Positions 58,545-64,000 of a DNA stretch of 64,000 nt are shown here, in pieces; positions within the stretch are counted from its first letter, which is position 1; every line of letters starts with the position of its first letter. A program made the translations under genes and the position numbers. The DNA is from Pseudomonadota bacterium (GTDB lineage: Bacteria > Pseudomonadota > Alphaproteobacteria > Acetobacterales > Acetobacteraceae), in the NCBI GenBank assembly GCA_021781835.1, contig JAJXWD010000002.1:21288-85287 (forward strand). The letters run 5' to 3'. The notes beneath the pieces are model-generated. The model did not search any database and was not told where the DNA came from. It was given only the letters and a program-made list of their open reading frames with translations.

Positions 58545-59807
58545 TTACCTCTTGCTTATGCTGAGCATCTTGAAGATGCCGCCAACCGATGTCACCTGCC
58601 CTGCCCCTTCGACCACGCCATCCTCGCGTCCAGCGACAAAGCCCACCTCGCGGGACAGCTCGATGATGGCCTGACGGAACGGCCCGCGCGTGGCGATGGC
58701 CGGCTCGCCGAAGCTGGCGGATTCGTTGAGCTGCTTGGGCATGTCGGGGATGACGATGTCGATCTTGACCTTCAGCGCGTCCTCGATCTGCTTGCGCGTG
58801 AGGCCGCCGGGGCGCCCTTGGCGGTTGAGCACGATGGTCGGGCTTTGCGGCTGCCAGGGGCCGTTGGGCAAGGACATCAGCCGCAGCGTATCGCGCACCG
58901 AGGCCAAGGACGGGTCCATGACGATGACGCGGTGATGCGCGAACTCGATCAGCTCGCGGTTACAGGCCATCGGCAAAAACGGCACATCCATGATGATGAA
59001 ATTGTACCGCACGCGCAGCGCCTCGATCAGGCGCCGGGCCGCGCCGGGGGCGTAGTGCAAGGGCTCGGTGAGTTTCTCCTCGGAGGCCAGCACATGCAAA
59101 CGCTCCGCCACCGGCTGCGCCGCGCGCTCGACGAAGAGCGGATCGATACGGTCGGGCGTCTCGAGCGCCATGCGCAGGCCCGGGCCGGTTTTGCCGCCGA
59201 GCAGCAGGGCACCGGAGCCCATGTGGATGTCTGATTCGACAAACACCGTGTGGCGCTTGGCCATGACGCCAAGCAGCCAGGCCAGATTGCCGGCGATGGT
59301 GGTGGAGCCCACCCCCCCCCGCGCGCCCATGACCACGACGACCCGCCCGCCGCGTGTCGCTTCCTGGCCGATGGTCTTGCGGGTGATCAGCGGCGCGAAA
59401 TGGCGCGCCACCGCCTCACGCGTGATGGGCTTGAAGATATACTCCATCACGCCCATGCCGCGGGTGATGTGGCGGTAGAAATCCACATCGTCAGTGTCAC
59501 CGATGACGAGCACGCGCACGCCGGGCTCGACCACGTCGGACAATTCGCCCAAGGCGTGCAGGGGCTGTTCCTCACCGGCGATGTCGACGATCAGGACTTC
59601 CGGCGTCTGCATTTTCGACATGGCGGCGATGGCCGTGCGCACGGTGCCGCGGCGTATATCCATGCCGTTGGCGACCGTGTCGCCAAGCCCGTCGCGCAGC
59701 ACTTGTTCCGTTGCCGGGTCGCCCAGAAAGGCCAGCACGGTCAGCCGGTCAGGGCGGCCTGCCGGGCCGGTTTCTGCAGGAACTCCACGGGATCCTTGCT
59801 GACTCAT
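58545..59807 (-). CDS. cpaE: Pilus localisation protein CpaE/TadZ
   Basis: Receiver-like N-domain (ND-type DVDFYR) plus a MinD/ParA-like domain GARGGVGSTT. Confidence 0.9.
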   Translation of the reverse strand: MSQQGSRGVPAETGPAGRPDRLTVLAFLGDPATEQVLRDGLGDTVANGMDIRRGTVRTAIAAMSKMQTPEVLIVDIAGEEQPLHALGELSDVVEPGVRVLVIGDTDDVDFYRHITRGMGVMEYIFKPITREAVARHFAPLITRKTIGQEATRGGRVVVVMGARGGVGSTTIAGNLAWLLGVMAKRHTVFVESDIHMGSGALLLGGKTGPGLRMALETPDRIDPLFVERAAQPVAERLHVLASEEKLTEPLHYAPGAARRLIEALRVRYNFIIMDVPFLPMACNRELIEFAHHRVIVMDPSLASVRDTLRLMSLPNGPWQPQSPTIVLNRQGRPGGLTRKQIEDALKVKIDIVIPDMPKQLNESASFGEPAIATRGPFRQAIIELSREVGFVAGREDGVVEGAGQVTSVGGIFKMLSISKR

Positions 59808-59854
59808 GTGACCTCCTGCCCTTCAGCCGAGACTAGACGCTTTCTCATGCGCCG

Positions 59855-60166
59855 TCACTGACTGCTGATGTTGACCGACGCCGTCAGCGCCGGCGGGGTT
59901 TCCAGTTTCGATGCGGTGCCGTTGGAGTCCGCCTGCTCGACCGCGCCGACGGCCGCGATGCCGTTGGAGCCTTCGTCCCCATGGCCGCTGATCAGATCGG
60001 ACTTATTGGCGGCCTGCTGGGCAAGGTCCTCATTCACGGCACCCGTTGCCGACCAGGTGCCCTGACGCTGGAACGGATCCACCATCCCCGCGCAGCCCGT
60101 CAGGCTCAACACCGCGACGCAGAAGCAAAAAAACATGGTATAACGCATGACACCGGCCTTCATCAT
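59855..60166 (-). CDS. Small Tad lipoprotein (CpaD/RcpB-like)
   Basis: Lipobox LTGC, DPFQR.GTW, NLA-type EDLAQQ.AN..DL..G; located between cpaC and cpaE. Confidence 0.7.
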   Translation of the reverse strand: MMKAGVMRYTMFFCFCVAVLSLTGCAGMVDPFQRQGTWSATGAVNEDLAQQAANKSDLISGHGDEGSNGIAAVGAVEQADSNGTASKLETPPALTASVNISSQ

Positions 60167-61578
60167 TGCACCATGAACCCGGCATCGCCCGGGATCTGGC
60201 TATTGTTTGCCACGGTGCCGTTATCGCGCAACAGCAGAATTCGTTGCAGATCGTTCGGCGGCGACCAGCCGTCATCGGGCGAGGCGATGGAGTTGGGATT
60301 GTTCACCGGGCTGACCAGATAGGGGGTCACGGTGATCACCAATTCCTGTTGCTCGCGCTGGAAAGCATCGCCGCGGAACAGCGCGCCGACCAGGGGCACC
60401 TCGCTCAGGCCGGGAACGCCGTTATCAACCTGGTTGGTGGTATCTTCCAGCAAGCCGGCGATGGCCATGCCCTGGCCGGAGCCGAGAATGACCGTTGTGG
60501 TGGCGGCCGTTACGTTGAGGGACGGCACGTTGAAGGTTTCATTGCTGCCCGTTGTCGATAGCTGGGCCGAATTGGCGCTGTTGAGCGAGCTCACCTCGGG
60601 CGACACTTGCAGGGCAATGCGCCCGTCGGAATATACGGTCGGGGTGAAGGTGAGCAGCACGCCGTAATTTTTGTAGCTGACGCTGATGCTGCCATTTGAA
60701 CCCGAGCTGACGGGAATGGGAAACTGACCGCCGACCTCGAAACTGGCCTGAGTGCCGGAAAGCGCGGTGAGGGTCGGCTCGGCGAGCACATGGGCGAGAT
60801 TGTCGGTCGCCAGAGCGTCGATAACCCCTTCAAACGTGCCGCCAGGGTTTTGCACGGCAACCCCCCCGAGCGCTTCCGAGGCCAGCGATTGCGGCAGCGA
60901 CGCGGAACTCGCCGACACCATCCAACTGCCGATATGGGCATCGACCGCGCTCCAATTAATGCCCAATTCACGCGTGACAGTGCGCGACATCGAGGCGATG
61001 CGGACCTTCAGCTCCACCTGCACGGGCTCGGACACGGTTAAATTATTGGTGACATTGCCGCCCGGCGCCTCCAGTTTTGCCCGGTTATAAAGCTCGTCGG
61101 CCTGCTCGGGCGTAGAGACCGTGCCATTGAGCATGACACCGTTTTGCCCCGTGGACACGGAGACATCGCCGCCCGAGGCAGACTGCTCGATGCGCTGGGC
61201 CGTATAACTGGACGGCCCCACCTGCACCGAGAATTGCGCCACGCGGTTGCCCGCCTGGTCGGTGGCGACAATGTTGGTGTTGCCCGGCGTTTTGCCGAAC
61301 ACAAACATGGTGGTGGGGCTGGCAGGGCGCACCGAGACGATCGAATCATCGGCCACGAACAGATTCGCCACCGGGCGCGGCAGCTTCACCAGCTTGCCCT
61401 GGCTTTTGGCAACCGTGATGGAGCCGTAATAGGCCGGCGGCACCGGTTGGGCCGGCGCGGCCGCGCCGCTGCTGTCGGCGGGCGCCGATTGGGCCAGCGC
61501 GGGCGCGCCGGCAACCACGAATGCGCCAACCAGAGCCAGCGCACCATAATTTACGCGGGACAAGGACTTTGCGCGCAT
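60163..61578 (-). CDS. cpaC: Tad secretin CpaC/RcpA
   Basis: Signal peptide, T2SS-N/BON region, QV.LKVRIA, LAEPTL.ALSG..ASF..GG.FPIP, GVPGL..VP..GALF and ELVI.VTPYLV. Confidence 0.95.
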   Translation of the reverse strand: MRAKSLSRVNYGALALVGAFVVAGAPALAQSAPADSSGAAAPAQPVPPAYYGSITVAKSQGKLVKLPRPVANLFVADDSIVSVRPASPTTMFVFGKTPGNTNIVATDQAGNRVAQFSVQVGPSSYTAQRIEQSASGGDVSVSTGQNGVMLNGTVSTPEQADELYNRAKLEAPGGNVTNNLTVSEPVQVELKVRIASMSRTVTRELGINWSAVDAHIGSWMVSASSASLPQSLASEALGGVAVQNPGGTFEGVIDALATDNLAHVLAEPTLTALSGTQASFEVGGQFPIPVSSGSNGSISVSYKNYGVLLTFTPTVYSDGRIALQVSPEVSSLNSANSAQLSTTGSNETFNVPSLNVTAATTTVILGSGQGMAIAGLLEDTTNQVDNGVPGLSEVPLVGALFRGDAFQREQQELVITVTPYLVSPVNNPNSIASPDDGWSPPNDLQRILLLRDNGTVANNSQIPGDAGFMVQ

Positions 61579-62444
61579 CAGAATTTAAACTCCCCTGAAC
61601 CATTGGGCGTTAGCACATTTACGGTCGTCATCTGGCTGTTTTGCGGCACGGCGTTGGTCAGGGCCGGAGATACGTCACCCGACCAAACCGTGAGCGGCAC
61701 GCTGGGGGCCGCGGTGTTTTTCGGCGCGGCCTTGGCGGCATTGTCCACCCCCTGGGCCGAATGGAGGATGAGCGACAGCTTGCCCAGCGTGCCCGCGACG
61801 ATACAGCGCGCGGCCTGGTCGGGCGTGACTTCCAGCGTCACCGTTTTGGCGCTCTGGCCGCCATCGGCGCCGGCATTGGGGTCTTTGATCAGCTCGGCGC
61901 CGGTGGCGATGACGCGCACATTGCTGAGCACCTGCTCGACCGCGATGCTCTTGCTGTCGGGCGCACCCGGAATGGTTTGTGTCAGCAACACATCGACATC
62001 GTCGCCCGGCCAGATCAGCCCATCCGCGCCGGTCACGGCATCGACCGAAATGGTGACGGCGCGCATGCCCGGCGACAGCACCGCCGCGAGGAAGCCGTGA
62101 TCACCAGGATGAATGACGGCGGTGTCGAGGATCGGCTGCTGAGCGGCAAGCGGCACGCGCAACATCGAGCCGGTGAGCGTGGCGCGGTTGTCGGGTGTGT
62201 CGATGATCACCCCTTGAGGGGCGGTTTTGACCAGAACGCTGGCCGAGGCAATGCCGGCGGGCTGCAACAAGGTGCCGCCCTGAAGCGGCCCCGAAGCCAC
62301 CAGAATTTGCTCGGTCGGCGGCGGCGGCGCGGTGTTTTGCTGCTGGCTGCTCACCTTGGATTCATTCATGAGCGAGTAGGCGAACACCAAAACCGCGGCC
62401 AGCGCGAAAATCAGAACGCCGAAAATGGTGAGACGAAAAACCAT
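61578..62444 (-). CDS. cpaB: Pilus assembly protein CpaB/RcpC
   Basis: N-terminal TM, SAF-like region, FLAAVL.PGMRAVTI.VD.V.G..G.I.PGD.VDV and TVTLEVTP.QA. Confidence 0.93.
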   Translation of the reverse strand: MVFRLTIFGVLIFALAAVLVFAYSLMNESKVSSQQQNTAPPPPTEQILVASGPLQGGTLLQPAGIASASVLVKTAPQGVIIDTPDNRATLTGSMLRVPLAAQQPILDTAVIHPGDHGFLAAVLSPGMRAVTISVDAVTGADGLIWPGDDVDVLLTQTIPGAPDSKSIAVEQVLSNVRVIATGAELIKDPNAGADGGQSAKTVTLEVTPDQAARCIVAGTLGKLSLILHSAQGVDNAAKAAPKNTAAPSVPLTVWSGDVSPALTNAVPQNSQMTTVNVLTPNGSGEFKF

Positions 62445-62451
62445 GATCTAC

Positions 62452-62955
62452 CTACGGCTTGAATATTTGAGGCATGAGAACAAAGAGCGCGCCACCGGAT
62501 ATGGCGCAGGCATAGGGAAGCGGTCCCCGCCGGCCGATCCGCCATAATTCGGCACGCGCGAACCGGCGAAGCCATCCGCCCCCGCGCGCCAGCCTCAGGC
62601 CCGGCGCTAACGGCGACAAAAGCAGATATATAACCGCCAAACCGCCACCAAGCAGAACGACATACAGAAAAAAATCCAGCTCCTGGCGCCACGAGGGTGG
62701 AATGAGCATGACCGCGGCCGCCCATAATTTCACATCTCCGCCGCCCATTGCGCCCGCCATCCAGATGCCGAACAGCGCCAAAAACACCACCAGCGACGCG
62801 CCAATGGCGGAGAGCAGCGAATGGTCGAGCGCCTGCGCGGCCACGCCAATGACCAGCACAGCCACGGAAAGCCAGTTGGGAACCGTTCTCACCGCCAGAT
62901 CATGCAGGGCCGCATAGATGAGCAAAAACGCGGCCGGAATCATCAATTCCCGCAT
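62452..62955 (-). CDS. cpaA: A24 prepilin peptidase CpaA/TadV
   Basis: HD...R.VPN, MGGGDVKL (two catalytic Asp) and LPYACAI. Confidence 0.93.
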   Translation of the reverse strand: MRELMIPAAFLLIYAALHDLAVRTVPNWLSVAVLVIGVAAQALDHSLLSAIGASLVVFLALFGIWMAGAMGGGDVKLWAAAVMLIPPSWRQELDFFLYVVLLGGGLAVIYLLLSPLAPGLRLARGGGWLRRFARAELWRIGRRGPLPYACAISGGALFVLMPQIFKP

Positions 62956-63083
62956 GCGCCCGCCCTCCGTTTCGCGTTACCAGACATGTTTTACGCCTCG
63001 CCTCCGCACCACCCGGCACCTTGTATCTCACAATTCCGTGAAGACAGATTCAGACGACAGAATTACTGTAATGTCAACAAAAT

Positions 63084-63111
63084 AGACTACAAACACGTTA
63101 ATGTCTTGCAA
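63084..63111 (-). promoter_or_regulatory. Candidate promoter of the cpa operon
   Basis: TTGCAA-N16-TAGTCT on the minus strand in an AT-rich spacer. Confidence 0.35.
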
Positions 63112-63184
63112 TATTTTCACCCAACCCCCCAAAAAAACACAATTTTGATTTTGGCGGCAAATGTACGGACGGCAATCTCAACGT

Positions 63185-63221
63185 AAAAAAGGCTGGCAGA
63201 GGTTTCCCCCTGCCAGCCTTT
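63185..63221 (-). terminator. Intrinsic terminator after the first pilin gene
   Basis: Stem AAAGGCTGGCAG/CTGCCAGCCTTT followed by U6 on the minus strand. Confidence 0.85.
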
Positions 63222-63252
63222 GCAGCGTGGCGCCTGCGCGCCGCGCGAAATA

Positions 63253-63441
63253 TTAGAGCTCCGAGGCCACCGCGTTGAAGGTGCTGGAGACATTTTTACC
63301 GAGGGTGGTGACCGCGCCAATGATCACGACGGCGATCAGGGCGGCGATCAGGGCGTACTCAATCGCGGTGACAGCGCGCTTGTCGACGTTCAGCTGGGTC
63401 AGCTTGTGCGCGACGGCGGTGCGAACGTAGTTCACGAGCAT
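63253..63441 (-). CDS. flp: Flp-type IVb pilin (likely major)
   Basis: DKRA-VTAIEYALIAALIAVVII..V..LG..V...F..VA..L; SD AAGGA. Confidence 0.95.
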   Translation of the reverse strand: MLVNYVRTAVAHKLTQLNVDKRAVTAIEYALIAALIAVVIIGAVTTLGKNVSSTFNAVASEL

Positions 63442-63561
63442 GGCAAAATCCTTTTCTTTACAACATCAAGCCACCGCCAGGCAGCCGATGGAAGTTGCTG
63501 AACGGTGAGATGGAAATAGGTTAATCTTCCCGTCACCCCGTTAACCCGTCTTGGGTTGCTA

Positions 63562-63592
63562 TTAGTACACGGAAAAGGATCGTGTTTGTCAA
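63562..63592 (-). promoter_or_regulatory. Candidate promoter of the first pilin
   Basis: Perfect TTGACA; TACTAA lies 19 nt downstream, which is a non-optimal spacing. Confidence 0.35.
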
Positions 63593-63734
63593 ACGCTCCG
63601 TGGAGGGTTTTGAACAATAATGCGTGATTATTTATTGCCGCCAGCGGCGGGTGTCTGAAAATGATTAAACAACCGGTGTAATTCCAAAAAAACAGCCCGG
63701 GTGATTTTTATATGCCGTCTAATAAAACAAGCGG

Positions 63735-63932
63735 TTAAAGCTCCGAACTGACGTCATTAAAAATTATTGCCAAATTACCGCCGATAATCCCGAGCCCCCC
63801 CATAATGGCGAGCACAATGATGACCGCGATCAACGCATATTCAATCGCCGTTACGGCGCGTTTGTCGCCTTTGATGCGGCCAAGGCGGCATCTTGCATAC
63901 GGCATCAGCCCATTCAGGTGCTCCGTCAGCAT
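63735..63932 (-). CDS. flp: Second Flp-type pilin
   Basis: DKRA-VTAIEYALIAVIIVLAIMGGL..IG..L..IF.DV.SEL; SD AGGAG. Confidence 0.9.
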   Translation of the reverse strand: MLTEHLNGLMPYARCRLGRIKGDKRAVTAIEYALIAVIIVLAIMGGLGIIGGNLAIIFNDVSSEL

Positions 63933-64000
63933 AAAACACTCCTAACCCGCGACAGACTTGATTCCTTGCGAGCGAGACGCATGTTACTTCAACCTCCGCG

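Noticed and set aside
58545-59807. Lys-less Walker A in CpaE
   Set aside because: A deviant P-loop is normal for TadZ/CpaE.
63521-63544. CtrA box upstream of flp
   Set aside because: The two TTAA elements are 16 nt apart rather than 7.

Overview
High-GC alphaproteobacterial chromosome segment. Gene content and order point to Acetobacteraceae (Acidocella/Acidiphilium-like; inferred, not searched). Most of it is dense core genome: anmK, tyrS, gltX-comEC, map, rnd-lptCAB-rpoN-hpf, tRNA-Leu(CAG), gltDB, FzlA-like GST, thrS, photolyase, pyrB-pyrC'-plsY-dprA-topA. Several cell-envelope glycosyltransferases are interspersed, and a Tad/Flp pilus operon with two pilins occupies the right end. I found no transposase, integrase, prophage, rRNA or CRISPR array. 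The best leads are: (1) a co-oriented trio of a catalytically degenerate PdeM-like protein, a CPD photolyase and a stand-alone Pnkp/PrpE-type phosphatase; (2) a TadD-SPOR fusion in a Tad locus with no visible TadE/F/G and with pilins carrying Ala instead of Gly at the cleavage site; (3) two GT87 paralogs sitting between anmK and tyrS and coupled to tyrS, next to a third GT-C-like gene and a REP-like palindrome; (4) an orphan transglutaminase-DUF2126 fusion followed by a small coupled ORF; (5) a degenerate WecB/TagA homolog; (6) candidate regulatory sites (inverse sigma54 box at rpoN, Rrf2 operator, PhaR-like box). All family assignments come from motif recognition by eye; no database search was run.
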